Source of the DNA: Terriglobia bacterium
Lineage (GTDB): Bacteria; Acidobacteriota; Terriglobia; Acidiferrales; UBA7541
NCBI GenBank assembly: GCA_963695545.1
Contig: OY968796.1
Location: forward strand, 3,680,001-3,744,000
Length of the DNA: 64,000 nt
Direction of reading: 5' to 3'
Under the pieces are notes generated by a model that was not told the origin of the DNA, ran no database searches, and saw only the letters and a program-made list of their open reading frames with translations. This document shows positions 39,861-50,374 of this stretch, piece by piece. A program made the translations under genes and the position numbers. Each line of letters starts with the position of its first letter. The stretch's first letter is position 1.

Positions 39861-40817
39861 CAGAGCACGATCTTATTCAGCGGATATTCCACAATTCCCT
39901 GCGCCTCGGCGGCCTTCAGTTTCGGAATCAGCTGGCGCACCACGTCTTCATCGACGATCGTGTTTACGGCGACCCACTCCGGATCGGCCAGCGTGCGAAA
40001 TCGTCGGATTTTTCAGCGCGGGCAAAACCGCGGATACAGCGTCAAGCTGCGCGCGCCGCACGTTCAGCATGAGCCCGACTTTGCTGTACGCCGCAATCGC
40101 GCCCGAGAGCAGCAGCGCGATGTTGCCAATCTTCTCTTTCTTCCACGGATCGGCGGCCGCGGCGCGGTTGGCGATGAACACCGTGCGCGATTCGAGAACC
40201 GTATCCACAATGCGCAGACGATTGGCGCGCAGCGACGCGCCAGTCTCGGTGACTTCGACGATGGCGTCGGCCAGTTGCGGCACTTTCACTTCCGTCGCGC
40301 CCCAGGAAAATTCCACGCGCGCTTTCACCTTGTGCCTATCGAGATATTTCTGCGTCAGGTTCACCACTTCGGTCGCGATCACTTTCCCTTCGAGCGCCGC
40401 GACGGTAGTGGCCTCGGATTCCTCCGGCACGGCCAGCACCCAGCGCACCGGCGCCAGACTTTGTTTCGCGTAGAGCAGCTCGGCGATCTCTGTCACCTCC
40501 GCGCCGGTCTCGAGCACCCAATCGCGCCCGGTGATCCCGGCGTCAAGCGCGCCGGTTTCGACGTATCGCGCCATTTCCTGCGCGCGCACCAGCATGCAAG
40601 TGATTTCCGGATCGTCGATGGCGGGAAAATAGCTGCGCGCGTTCGCCGCGATGCGCCAACCGGCGCGCGCGAAAAGTTGTACGGTGGCATCCTGCAAACT
40701 GCCTTTCGGAATGCCAAGTTTCAGGCGGCGCGTCGGCGCGCTCGTTGCACCGCTTTTCGCTTCGCGCGCCGCGCCGCTTTTCGCGCCGCTCGCCTTGCCG
40801 CCGCGTTGCTTGGTCAT
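39860..40817 (-). CDS. hisG: ATP phosphoribosyltransferase (long form), with a +1 indel near 39995
   Basis: [20 protein letters not shown] and ETGASL. Removing one base restores [14 protein letters not shown]...[12 protein letters not shown], whose stop overlaps the hisD ATG. Confidence 0.9.
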
Positions 40818-41203
40818 CGCCCCGCTCCTTCGCCGTAGACCGCCTTGGGATCGAATGTTCGCTCGGCGACGAGGGTCACGCCGCCATCCGCATCGAGGCG
40901 CCGAAAAAAACAGCTCCGATAACCTTCGTGACAAACTCCCGGCCCAACGGCGTCAACGCTGATAACCAACGCGTCGGCGTCGCAATCAAAAAGAATTTCT
41001 CGAACGCGCAACACATGACCGCTCGATTCGCCCTTGCGCCACAGTTTGTTTCGCGAACGGCTGAAAAAGGTTACGTCGCCCGAAGCGCGAGTAGCCGCGA
41101 GCGCCGCGTCATTCATGAATCCGAGCATGAGTATTTCCTTGGACGTCGCGTCCTGGATCACCGCCGGCAAGAGTCCTCCGGACTTTTCAAAGGCAAGCTG
41201 CAT
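40814..41203 (-). CDS. hisI: phosphoribosyl-AMP cyclohydrolase
   Basis: [21 protein letters not shown] and [10 protein letters not shown]. Confidence 0.95.
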   Translation of the reverse strand: MQLAFEKSGGLLPAVIQDATSKEILMLGFMNDAALAATRASGDVTFFSRSRNKLWRKGESSGHVLRVREILFDCDADALVISVDAVGPGVCHEGYRSCFFRRLDADGGVTLVAERTFDPKAVYGEGAGR

Positions 41204-41283
41204 CTCGTTCTCCCTTTTCGCTTCTGGTGCGGCCGGCGCGGCGAAATGTGCGGCGCGCGCCCGTTTTCCAGGCTGTCACCAAT

Positions 41284-41318
41284 AAAAAAGCCCGCTGGCG
41301 CTTACCGCGCCAGCGGGC
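41284..41318 (-). terminator. his attenuator terminator
   Basis: Minus strand GCCCGCTGGCGC-GGTAA-GCGCCAGCGGGC-TTTTTT. Confidence 0.88.
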
Positions 41319-41341
41319 CAATGAGTGCGATGCGATTCGCG

Positions 41342-41413
41342 CTACTCAGGCCTCCGCGAGCACGGCCGTACCTCGGCGTGATGATGGTGATGGCGATGTG
41401 CGGAGAGTCTCAT
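41342..41413 (-). CDS. hisL: his operon leader peptide
   Basis: MRLSAHRHHHHHAEVRPCSRRPE*, located between the promoter and the terminator. Confidence 0.88.
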   Translation of the reverse strand: MRLSAHRHHHHHAEVRPCSRRPE

Positions 41414-41423
41414 GACGCTAATT

Positions 41424-41452
41424 AGATTAGCCGAGCCGCGAACCGCCGTCAA
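41424..41452 (-). promoter_or_regulatory. his operon promoter
   Basis: Minus strand TTGACG-N17-TAATCT. Confidence 0.7.
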
Positions 41453-41470
41453 GTATGTGCGCGCGATAGG

Positions 41471-42796
41471 TTACGCTGCGCGAAGCGCTTCCTTCGCGGC
41501 GGCCACGGTCTCGGCGACGTCCTGTTCGAAATGAGCGGCCGAGACAAACAGCGCCTCGAACTGCGACGGCGGCAAAAGAACTCCGCGATCCAGCATCGCG
41601 CGGAAGAACGCTCCGAATCGCGCTGTATCGCAGCGTTTCACGTCCGCGTAATTGCGCATCGCGCCTGCCGCAAAAAATATCGTGAGCAACGAACCAACTC
41701 GTACCAGTTTCGCGGCAATTCCGGCATCGGCAATCGCGCGAGACACTCCGTCGGCCAGCTTCGCGGCTTTGCGATCGAGCGCATCGTAAAATCCGGGCGC
41801 CGCCAATTTCTCGAGCGTCGCGAGGCCCGCGCGCACAGCCACCGGATTGCCCGAAAGCGTCCCAGCTTGATAGACCGGCCCTTCCGGCGCGAGCCGCAGC
41901 ATCAAATCGCGCCGCCCGCCGTACGCCGCGAGCGGCAAACCTCCGCCGACGATCTTGCCGAGCGTCGTCAAATCGGGCGTGATTCCGTAAAGCGTCTGCG
42001 CGCCGCCGTAGCACAGCCGAAATCCGCTAATCACTTCATCAAAAATCAGCAGCGCGCCATTTCGCGTCGTGATCTCGCGCAATGCCTTGAGAAAGCCAGC
42101 CGCAGGCGGCACAACTCCCATATTCGCCGCGACAGGTTCGACAATCACCGCCGCGATTTTCGCGCGATGCGCGCCGAAGACTCGTTCCACCGCTTCAAGA
42201 TCGTTGTACGGAGCATTGAGCGTCAGCGCGGCCAAAGCTTGCGGCACGCCCGGACTTGAAGCGATCCCCAGCGTCGCCAAACCCGATCCGGCTTGCGAAA
42301 GGAAACTATCGGCGTGACCGTGATAGCAGCCCTCGAATTTAAGAATGAGGTCGCGCCCGGTCGCCGCGCGCGCCAGACGCACTGCGCTCATAGTGGCCTC
42401 TGTGCCGGAACTGACGAGGCGTACTTTTTCAATCGATGGCAACGCGCCCACGATGCGCGCCGCGAGTTCCGCCTCGGCACTCGTGGTCATGCCGTAACTT
42501 GTTCCGCGAGCAGCCTGCTCCGCGACGGCGCGAACAACATCCGGATCCGCGTGCCCCAGAATCAGCGCGCCCCACGAGCAAACGTAGTCGAGATATTCGT
42601 TGCCGTCGGCATCCCAAAGTCGCGCGCCCGCGGCTCGCTCGACGACAACCGGCTCTCCACCGACCGCGCCGAACGCGCGCACCGGGCTATTGACCCCGCC
42701 GATGAGCAGCTCCTGCGCTCGCGCGAACAATTCGCGCGAGCGGGCGCGGACGCGAGCGCGCTTCGGCGGCGTGGCGCCCTTCGATTCCTCAGCCAT
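41471..42796 (-). CDS. hemL: glutamate-1-semialdehyde 2,1-aminomutase
   Basis: [37 protein letters not shown] and [10 protein letters not shown]. Confidence 0.96.
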   Translation of the reverse strand: MAEESKGATPPKRARVRARSRELFARAQELLIGGVNSPVRAFGAVGGEPVVVERAAGARLWDADGNEYLDYVCSWGALILGHADPDVVRAVAEQAARGTSYGMTTSAEAELAARIVGALPSIEKVRLVSSGTEATMSAVRLARAATGRDLILKFEGCYHGHADSFLSQAGSGLATLGIASSPGVPQALAALTLNAPYNDLEAVERVFGAHRAKIAAVIVEPVAANMGVVPPAAGFLKALREITTRNGALLIFDEVISGFRLCYGGAQTLYGITPDLTTLGKIVGGGLPLAAYGGRRDLMLRLAPEGPVYQAGTLSGNPVAVRAGLATLEKLAAPGFYDALDRKAAKLADGVSRAIADAGIAAKLVRVGSLLTIFFAAGAMRNYADVKRCDTARFGAFFRAMLDRGVLLPPSQFEALFVSAAHFEQDVAETVAAAKEALRAA

Positions 42797-42800
42797 AATT

Positions 42801-43781
42801 TTATTGCGCGCCCTTGAGCCAGCGCGCGGCGTCTTTGGCGTGATAGGTGAGAATGAAACTCGCGCCCGCGCGCGCGATTCCGGTGAGAATTTCGAGCGTG
42901 ACGCGCTCTTCGTCGATCCAGCCGTTGCGCGCCGCGGCCTTGACCATCGCGTATTCGCCGCTGACGCTGTACGCGCCCACCGGCACATCGAATCGCTCGC
43001 GCACCGCGCGCACCACGTCGAGATACGCCATCGCTGGCTTGACCATCACCATGTCGGCGCCTTCGGCCACGTCGAGCTCCACTTCGCGCAGCGCTTCGCG
43101 CGCGTTGGCCGGATCCATCTGGTAACTGCGGCGATCGCCGAATTGCGGCGCCGATTGCGCGGCTTCGCGGAAAGGCCCGTAAAATCCAGAACAATATTTC
43201 GCCGCGTAGGACAGAATCGCGGTCTGTTCAAATCCGTGCAAATCAAGCGCCTGCCGTACCGCGCCTACGCGCCCATCCATCATGTCCGATGGCGCAACAA
43301 TATCGGCGCCAGCCTGCGCGTGCGACAGTGCCTCGGCCGCCAGCACTTCGACCGTCGCGTCGTTCTGCACGTCGCCATTCTCGACGATCCCGCAATGCCC
43401 GTGGCTCGTGTATTCGCACAAGCACACGTCGGTCGCGATCAGCAGCCCAAGTTTGGCTTTGCGAATGCCCTCAACTGCGCGCTGCACAACGCCGGTGGGC
43501 GAATACGATTCCGTCCCGCGCTCGTCCTTCTTCTCAGGGATGCCGAACAAAAGAACCGCCGGAATTCCCAGCGATTCCACTTCCCTGCACTCTTCGACCA
43601 GCCGATCCGCCGACTGCTGAAAAATTCCCGGCATGGACCCGACTTCGGCGCGCACGCCCGATCCCGGACAAACGAACATCGGATAGATGAAGCTCGAAAC
43701 CGAAAGGCGCGTCTCGCGCACCAGACCGCGGATGGCCTCCGAACGCCGCAGCCGCCGCGGACGCGTCACGGGAAAACTCAT
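42801..43781 (-). CDS. hemB: porphobilinogen synthase
   Basis: [31 protein letters not shown] and MVKPA. Confidence 0.97.
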   Translation of the reverse strand: MSFPVTRPRRLRRSEAIRGLVRETRLSVSSFIYPMFVCPGSGVRAEVGSMPGIFQQSADRLVEECREVESLGIPAVLLFGIPEKKDERGTESYSPTGVVQRAVEGIRKAKLGLLIATDVCLCEYTSHGHCGIVENGDVQNDATVEVLAAEALSHAQAGADIVAPSDMMDGRVGAVRQALDLHGFEQTAILSYAAKYCSGFYGPFREAAQSAPQFGDRRSYQMDPANAREALREVELDVAEGADMVMVKPAMAYLDVVRAVRERFDVPVGAYSVSGEYAMVKAAARNGWIDEERVTLEILTGIARAGASFILTYHAKDAARWLKGAQ

Positions 43782-44581
43782 ACCGACGCCTCCTGGGCGC
43801 CGGAACCCGCAGCAAAATAATCCGCAACCGCGCGCACCAGCGAAGCCGCCGTGGCTTCCTTGGCCACAATCGCCACAGGCAATCCCGCCTCACGAATCGC
43901 GCCCGCCGTCGCCGGCCCCACCGCAGCCAGCGCCGCGCGCGCCGCGACGCGCCGGAGTGTGCCGTGACCGAACTCCGCCTGCAAATTCGCCAGCGCCGAA
44001 GGACTGAAGATCGAAACCACGTCGATCTCCGCCGCGCGAAATTTCTCCGCGACGTGAGCCTCGTGCGCGCCCATTCCTCCCGTTCGATACACCACGACTT
44101 GAACCACATTCGCTCCCTGCGCCAACAATGCCTGCGGCAAATCCTGATTCGCTCGATCGCTCCGCGGCAACAAAACTTTGCGTCCCGAGACCGCGGGGCC
44201 CAGCTCGCGTCCGAGCGCCACGCCGCGGTATTCGCGCGCCACATATTCCACGCGAAACCCCTCGGCCGTTGCCGCACTCGCCGTAGCCGGCCCCACCGCC
44301 GCGAAGCGCGGCGGCGCGGCCAGGGGCACCGCGGCCACGACCGTCCTGCATCGGCCCGCAAAAAACTTCGCCGCGTTCACGCTCGTCAGCAACACCCAGT
44401 CGTAGCTCGCGAGCTCCCGAATCGCGGCGTCCAAAGGTTCGCAATCCACCGGCGCCGAAAAGCTGACCGCGGGGAGCACGAACACCACCGCGCCCAAAAC
44501 CCGGAAGCCTTCCACCACTTCGCGCGCCTGCTCCGGAGAACGCGTCACAACGATGCGTTTTCCCGCAAGTTCGCCGCTCAT
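43778..44581 (-). CDS. hemD: uroporphyrinogen-III synthase
   Basis: IVVTRS, LTSVNA, AVGPATA and FSPSA. Confidence 0.9.
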   Translation of the reverse strand: MSGELAGKRIVVTRSPEQAREVVEGFRVLGAVVFVLPAVSFSAPVDCEPLDAAIRELASYDWVLLTSVNAAKFFAGRCRTVVAAVPLAAPPRFAAVGPATASAATAEGFRVEYVAREYRGVALGRELGPAVSGRKVLLPRSDRANQDLPQALLAQGANVVQVVVYRTGGMGAHEAHVAEKFRAAEIDVVSIFSPSALANLQAEFGHGTLRRVAARAALAAVGPATAGAIREAGLPVAIVAKEATAASLVRAVADYFAAGSGAQEASV

Positions 44582-45534
44582 GGCGCTTTTTCCGCTTGAG
44601 ATTGCCGGCGCCCCGCGAGAATTCGGTCCGCGCCGTCCGCAATCATCGCCGCGGCCAAATTTCGTCCGAGTTCTTCGGGCCGATCCGCGCGGCCCGCGGT
44701 CCGCCGCCGCAGGCAATCCGAGCCATCCGGTGAAAGCACGACGGCGTCGAGCTTCATTTGATCACTTGCACCGGCGCGCGGCTCGATCCGCGCCCAAGCT
44801 CCAATCGGAATTTGGCAGCCTCCGCCGAGCCCCGCGAGCAAGGCCCGCTCGGCCTCGACGCACGCGCGCGTTTCGGCGTGATCGAGTTTCCTCAATCGCC
44901 CGATTATTTCGGCGTCGTCCACGCGCGCTTCGATCGTCAGCGCTCCCTGTCCCGCCGCGGGCAGACTAATCTCTACCGGCAAGATTTCCGTGATGCGTTG
45001 GCTAAGGCCCAGCCGGTCGAGACCGGCCTTCGCCAGAACGATCGCGTCGTAATCGCCGCGATCGAGTTTTCCCAAGCGCGTATCCACATTGCCACGCAAT
45101 TCGGCCACCCCAAGATCGGCTCGATAGTGGCGCAACTGACTCTGCCGGCGCAAGCTGCTCGTCCCCACGCGCGCGCCCGGGGGCAGGGCGTCGAGTCTTG
45201 CTCCAGAGCGCGAGACGAGAGCGTCACGCACATCCTCGCGCTCCAGAAAAGCGGCCAGCGTGAGCCCCGCAGGCAATGGATCTGTCGGAACATCCTTCAA
45301 ACTGTGCACGGCCAGATCCACGCGCCCATCGAGCAGCGCGTCTTCCAGTTCCTTCAGGAACATCCCCTTCGTTCCCACTTGGCCGAATGGCAAATTCACC
45401 GCGCGGTCGCCGGTCGTCTTGATCACCACGATCGTGGCGTCCGCTCCGACCCGCTCGCGAAGCAATCGCCGCACGTGCTCGGCTTGCCAGAGCGCGAGTG
45501 CGCTACCGCGCGAGCCAATCGAAAGCAGTCTCAA
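44578..45534 (-). CDS. hemC: hydroxymethylbilane synthase
   Basis: GSRGSALALWQ, VHSLKDVP, GTSSLRR, LRGNVDTRL and GGCQIPIG. Confidence 0.97.
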   Translation of the reverse strand: MRLLSIGSRGSALALWQAEHVRRLLRERVGADATIVVIKTTGDRAVNLPFGQVGTKGMFLKELEDALLDGRVDLAVHSLKDVPTDPLPAGLTLAAFLEREDVRDALVSRSGARLDALPPGARVGTSSLRRQSQLRHYRADLGVAELRGNVDTRLGKLDRGDYDAIVLAKAGLDRLGLSQRITEILPVEISLPAAGQGALTIEARVDDAEIIGRLRKLDHAETRACVEAERALLAGLGGGCQIPIGAWARIEPRAGASDQMKLDAVVLSPDGSDCLRRRTAGRADRPEELGRNLAAAMIADGADRILAGRRQSQAEKAP

Positions 45535-46808
45535 GGTTTGCCTTGATCGAGGCGAAACAGATCGCGCAACGCTTCCAGATTCTGCAGCTTCCTTCGCAAT
45601 TCGCGCTCGCCGCGCAGCCGCTCGGCCGGATCGAGCAGCACTTGATCCAGAAACTCCTCGAGCAAACGCGCCACCCGCGCGCGGTCCGCTTCCGGCAAAT
45701 GCGCGAGATCTCCCATCCGCGCCGCGAGAAACGTCTCGCGCTCCGCCCCGAGCCGCTCCCGCAGCCCGGCGAGCACGACGTTTGCGTTGACTCCCGCTTG
45801 CCAGTTCAGAAATTTGTCCACGTGTTCGCCGACGATCTCTTCCGCGCGTGGAACTTCCGCCGCGCGCGCGCGTTTATTTTGCTCGACGATTTCCTGCAGG
45901 TCGTCGATGTTGTAGAGATAGACGTTGTAGAGCGCGGCGACGCCCGGCTCGACATTGCGCGGCACTCCCAGATCGATCAGCAGCAACGCGCGATTCCCGC
46001 GCGCCTCCATGGCGCGTTCAACAACAGCTCGCGTCAAAACCGGCTCGGCGCTCGAAACCGAGCTGACCACCATGTCCGGCCAATCGAGCGCCGCGGACAA
46101 GTTCTCCCACGCGACTGCTTCCGCTTTGAAGCGCCCCGCGAGATCCATCCCGCGCTCGGCCGATCGATTCGAGACGCGCAATCGCCCGATCCCGCGATCG
46201 CGCAGATGCGTCACCACAAGTTCGCCGGTATCGCCCGCACCCAGAATCAGAGCGCTGTGATTCTTCAAGCTGCCGAAAATTCTCTCGGCAAGCTTCACGC
46301 CCGCAAAGGCCACGGACACCGGCCGCGTTCCAATCTCCGTTTCCGCGCGCACGCGCTTGCCGACTTCGAGCGCCCCTTGAAACATGCGGTTCAGCACCGG
46401 CCCCGTCGCCCCGTGATCGAGCGCGATGCGATACGCTTCGCGCACCTGCCCCAGAATTTCCGCCTCGCCCAACAGCATGGAATCGAGGCCCGCAGCCACG
46501 CGATAAAGATGCCGCACGACATCGAGATCGCGATGCCGATATAGGCTTGCTCCCAATTCATCCGGCCGCATCTGGTGAAACGACGCCAGGAAAAGTTCCA
46601 TCGCCGCGGCGCTATCCGCCGTGGTTTCCGGCGGCACACCGTAAAGCTCGCTGCGATTGCACGTCGATAGCACCAGCGTCTCTTCGAGAATGCCGCGCGA
46701 GCGCAATTGCTCCGCCGCCACGCGCGCTTGCTCGGCGCTGAACGCCACGCGTTCGCGCAGCGCAAGCGTCGCCGTGCGGTGATTCAATCCGATGAGAACA
46801 AGTTCCAT
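45531..46808 (-). CDS. hemA: glutamyl-tRNA reductase
   Basis: GLNHRTA, STCNRSE, GLDSMLLGEAEILGQ, GAG and DLGVPRN. Confidence 0.96.
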   Translation of the reverse strand: MELVLIGLNHRTATLALRERVAFSAEQARVAAEQLRSRGILEETLVLSTCNRSELYGVPPETTADSAAAMELFLASFHQMRPDELGASLYRHRDLDVVRHLYRVAAGLDSMLLGEAEILGQVREAYRIALDHGATGPVLNRMFQGALEVGKRVRAETEIGTRPVSVAFAGVKLAERIFGSLKNHSALILGAGDTGELVVTHLRDRGIGRLRVSNRSAERGMDLAGRFKAEAVAWENLSAALDWPDMVVSSVSSAEPVLTRAVVERAMEARGNRALLLIDLGVPRNVEPGVAALYNVYLYNIDDLQEIVEQNKRARAAEVPRAEEIVGEHVDKFLNWQAGVNANVVLAGLRERLGAERETFLAARMGDLAHLPEADRARVARLLEEFLDQVLLDPAERLRGERELRRKLQNLEALRDLFRLDQGKP

Positions 46809-46819
46809 CCGCGCCGTGC

Positions 46820-47638
46820 TCACAAGTACCGATGAAATCGCGACAAATACAGATTGACGATGCTGTAGCTGAAAATCACGAACAAGAAATTTGCCACGCA
46901 GAGTGCCGAAGCCCGCGCCCCGCGCCACGTTCCCGTCCGCGCGAGAACCAAATACGCCGCGTACGCCGCAAAAATCAGCAGCGTCACGCCGACCTTCCAA
47001 TCATCGTCCCAGTATCGTCCGAGCAGACGATGCGCCCACACGAAGCCCGTCACTACGCCGATCGCGAGTAACAGCAACCCCACGCGAACGCTCAATCGGC
47101 TAAGACGCTCAAGCGCATCGAGCGCCGGAAATCTCCAGCCGACCGCGCCCATCCTTCTGTCCCGCAGCATGCGATTCTGGATCAGATAAATCACGCTGGC
47201 CACGAACGAAAGTGCGAATGCCGCATAGGCCCAAATATTCAGCGTGACGTGAAGCGCGAAAATCGCTCCGCGCGCCGGCGGTGCGGACGACCCGGGCGTC
47301 GCGAAAACGTGCGCGAACAGGAAAAGGGCGAGCACCACCGGCAAAACGAACGCCCCGACCGTCTTCTGCCGCAACACGAGTTCCAGGCCCAGGTATGTCG
47401 CCGCCAGCAGCCACGCAAAAAGCGAAAGCGATCCCGCCAGATCGTCGTAGGGCACGCCGTGAATCATGCGCGAACGCGCGATCAGCGCAAAGTAATGCAA
47501 AATTAGGCCCCCGGCCAGCGCAAACGTCGCGGCGCGGCCCACCGCGCGCTTAGGCGCGTATAGAAATCGCACATAGCAGCCGAAGCTCGCGGCGTAACAC
47601 GCCAGCGTCACAACGACGAGGATGCGGTAATTTGTCAT
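46820..47638 (-). CDS. CcsA/HemX-like cytochrome c assembly family membrane protein
   Basis: Multiple TM helices, conserved His residues and a GFVWA...WDDDWK motif; upstream of hemA. Confidence 0.82.
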   Translation of the reverse strand: MTNYRILVVVTLACYAASFGCYVRFLYAPKRAVGRAATFALAGGLILHYFALIARSRMIHGVPYDDLAGSLSLFAWLLAATYLGLELVLRQKTVGAFVLPVVLALFLFAHVFATPGSSAPPARGAIFALHVTLNIWAYAAFALSFVASVIYLIQNRMLRDRRMGAVGWRFPALDALERLSRLSVRVGLLLLAIGVVTGFVWAHRLLGRYWDDDWKVGVTLLIFAAYAAYLVLARTGTWRGARASALCVANFLFVIFSYSIVNLYLSRFHRYL

Positions 47639-47810
47639 AATTGACGGCAACCGGCAGCGCGACGCAAAGCCCCTTCGCTTCCCCCGCGCATGGGCACACA
47701 GTGGCTTGCCCAACGTCGCCTCGAAGTCGCGCCCATTATAGCCCGTCTGCACGCGGCCGACACGCCAGCTGCCACCGCCGCTCCCGCTGCGTCATCCGCG
47801 CGGTTTTGCT

Positions 47811-48947
47811 ATGATGAAACGCGAGAAGACCCTCGAAATGAACACTATGGAACGCGTTGGCGGCTTACCGAGCCGCAAAGACCTCTTTCTCCGCGCCTGC
47901 CGATGCGAGCCTGTGGAGCGCGTGCCGGTATGGATGATGCGCCAGGCCGGCCGCTTCCTTCCCGAATACCGCGCCCTGCGGCAAAAACACAGCTTCCTCG
48001 AAACTTGCAAGTCGCCGGAGTTGGCCGCTGAAATCTCCTTGCAGCCGTTTCGCGCGCTCGACGTCGATGCGGTCATACTTTTCTCCGATATTCTGATTCT
48101 CGCCGAAGCCATGGGCGTCCCGATCGAAATCGCCGACGCCGGCCCGGTCATCCAGCAAACCGTACGCACCGGCTCGCAAATCGACGCCCTGAAATTGTTC
48201 GATCCCGAAACCGAAACCGGATTCACGATGTCCGCGATTCGTCGCCTGGTGCGCGAACTCGGGCCGGATGTGCCCGTCCTCGGATTCGCCGCGGCGCCGT
48301 GGACCCTGGCCTGTTACTTGATCGAAGGCCGCAACGAACCCGGCTTCCCTGCGGCTAAGTCTATGCGCATCGCCGAGCCATCATTGCTGCGCCAGCTGCT
48401 CGAAAAAATCGCGCGCGCCACCGCGCTCTATCTGCGCGCTCAAATTGCCGCCGGCGCCACAGCGGTCCAACTCTTCGATACGTGGGCCGGCGACTTGACG
48501 CTCGACGAATATCGCGAATTCGCACTCGGCCCCACGCAGCAAATCATTCAGGATGTTGCCGCGGCATCGCGCGCCCCAATTATTCTGTTCACCAAAGCTT
48601 CAAATCATTTGCTCGACGCCGTGGCCGAATCCTGTGCAACAGTTCTTAGCGTGGGCGCAAGCGTCGATCTCGCGGATTTACGCCGGCGCTTCGGCACATC
48701 GATCGCGCTGCAAGGCAACGTCGATCCGAATATTCTTCTCGGCCCCGAGTCCGCGATCCGCGACGCCGCCCGGCAAGCCGTCGCCAAAACCGGGGGCGTC
48801 GGCCACATCCTAAATCTCGGCCACGGCGTGCTTCCGCTAACGCCCGTGGCGCACGCGCGCGCGTTTGTGCAAGCGGGCCAATCCGCTCCGCTGCGCGCTG
48901 GCGTCGCTGCAGTTCGCGACGCAAGCCCCGCCGCGCGGAGCGTCTAG
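47811..48947 (+). CDS. hemE: uroporphyrinogen decarboxylase
   Basis: PVWMMRQAGR, FSDIL, QLFDTW, LQGNVDP and NLGHG. Confidence 0.96.
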   Translation: MMKREKTLEMNTMERVGGLPSRKDLFLRACRCEPVERVPVWMMRQAGRFLPEYRALRQKHSFLETCKSPELAAEISLQPFRALDVDAVILFSDILILAEAMGVPIEIADAGPVIQQTVRTGSQIDALKLFDPETETGFTMSAIRRLVRELGPDVPVLGFAAAPWTLACYLIEGRNEPGFPAAKSMRIAEPSLLRQLLEKIARATALYLRAQIAAGATAVQLFDTWAGDLTLDEYREFALGPTQQIIQDVAAASRAPIILFTKASNHLLDAVAESCATVLSVGASVDLADLRRRFGTSIALQGNVDPNILLGPESAIRDAARQAVAKTGGVGHILNLGHGVLPLTPVAHARAFVQAGQSAPLRAGVAAVRDASPAARSV

Positions 48948-48955
48948 GCGAACTC

Positions 48956-50368
48956 ATGTCCTCGCTCAACGCCAATTCCGATCCGAGCCTGTTGCATCTT
49001 GAAATCTCCGAGGATTTCCTCAAGAAATACAATCGCCCCGGCCCGCGCTACACGAGTTATCCAACCGCGCCGATCTGGCAAGACGATTTCGGCCCCGACG
49101 ATCTCGAAGAAACGTTTCGCCGCGCCGACCAGTTGCGCACGCCCGCTTCGCTCTATATGCATCTGCCGTTCTGCGAAAGCCTGTGCCTTTTCTGCGCCTG
49201 CAACGTTGTCATAGAAAAAGATCACGCCGCCGCGCCGCCCTATCTCGATCTGCTGAAGCGCGAAATCGAGCACGTCAGCCAATTCGTCTCGCGCAGCCGC
49301 CCCATCGTGCAATTCCACTGGGGCGGCGGCACGCCAACCTATCTTTCTCCCGCGCAGATGGAGGATCTCTTCGGCTTCGCCGCTGCGCGCTTTTCAATCG
49401 CGCCCGACGCCGAAATCGGCATCGAAGTGGATCCGCGCGTCACTTCATTTGCGCATCTCGAATCGCTGCGCCGACTCGGCTTCAATCGCCTCAGCCTGGG
49501 CATCCAGGATTTTCATCCCGAAGTCCAGGAAGCCGTCCGCCGCATTCAGCCCTTCGACGCCACGCGCGATCTGATCGCTGCCGCCCGCGCTCTCGGTTTC
49601 GCCAGCATCAACGTTGACCTCATCTACGGTCTGCCATTTCAGACGGCACCGCGTTTCGCGCACACCGTCGAGCAAGTTTTGACGTTGCATCCGGATCGCG
49701 TCGCGCTGTTCAGCTACGCACACGTTCCCTGGCTGCGTAAACAGCAAGGCGCTTTCGCCGCGCATCTCCCCGAAGGTATGGAAAAATTCCGTATTTTCCG
49801 CGCCGGCCTCGACGCTTTTCTCGGCGCGGGCTACGTTTATATCGGCATGGATCATTTCGCGCTTCCCGACGACGAGCTCGCGATCGCGCAGCGCGAACGC
49901 ACGCTGCACAGAAATTTTCAAGGCTACACCACCAAGGCCGGCGCCGATCTCTACGGAATGGGAGTCAGCGCAATCAGCGCCATCGGCGAATCCTACGCGC
50001 AAAATGTTCGCGATCTCCCCGGCTACGGCGCGCGCATTTCCGAGCGCGGCATCGCCACCATGCGCGGCTATCGCCTTTCCGCCGACGATCGCCTGCGCCG
50101 CGCCGTGATCAGCCGCCTGCTGTGCCACACCGTGGTGCGCAAATCCGAAATCGAATCGGAATTCTGCGTTCGCTTCGATGAAACTTTCGCGCCGGAACTC
50201 GAACGCCTGAATTCCTTCGCCGCCGACGGCCTGCTCGTCTCCGCCCCCGACGAAATTCGCGTCACCGGCCCCGGCCGAGTCTTCATCCGCAACGTGGCCA
50301 TGGTTTTCGATCCGTATCTCGATCGGCAGAAGCTCGAAGGCCAGCCGCTGTACTCGAAAACACTCTAG
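48956..50368 (+). CDS. hemN: oxygen-independent coproporphyrinogen III oxidase
   Basis: PRYTSYPTA, CESLCLFC radical-SAM motif, GGGTP and RNFQGYTT. Confidence 0.95.
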   Translation: MSSLNANSDPSLLHLEISEDFLKKYNRPGPRYTSYPTAPIWQDDFGPDDLEETFRRADQLRTPASLYMHLPFCESLCLFCACNVVIEKDHAAAPPYLDLLKREIEHVSQFVSRSRPIVQFHWGGGTPTYLSPAQMEDLFGFAAARFSIAPDAEIGIEVDPRVTSFAHLESLRRLGFNRLSLGIQDFHPEVQEAVRRIQPFDATRDLIAAARALGFASINVDLIYGLPFQTAPRFAHTVEQVLTLHPDRVALFSYAHVPWLRKQQGAFAAHLPEGMEKFRIFRAGLDAFLGAGYVYIGMDHFALPDDELAIAQRERTLHRNFQGYTTKAGADLYGMGVSAISAIGESYAQNVRDLPGYGARISERGIATMRGYRLSADDRLRRAVISRLLCHTVVRKSEIESEFCVRFDETFAPELERLNSFAADGLLVSAPDEIRVTGPGRVFIRNVAMVFDPYLDRQKLEGQPLYSKTL

Positions 50369-50374
50369 CCGCCC

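Noticed and set aside
39948..40010. Programmed frameshift in hisG
   Set aside because: There is no convincing slippery site, and it adjoins a patch of many other indels.
48956..50368. HemW heme chaperone rather than HemN
   Set aside because: It has the N-terminal PRYTSYP and the RNFQGY motifs of true HemN.
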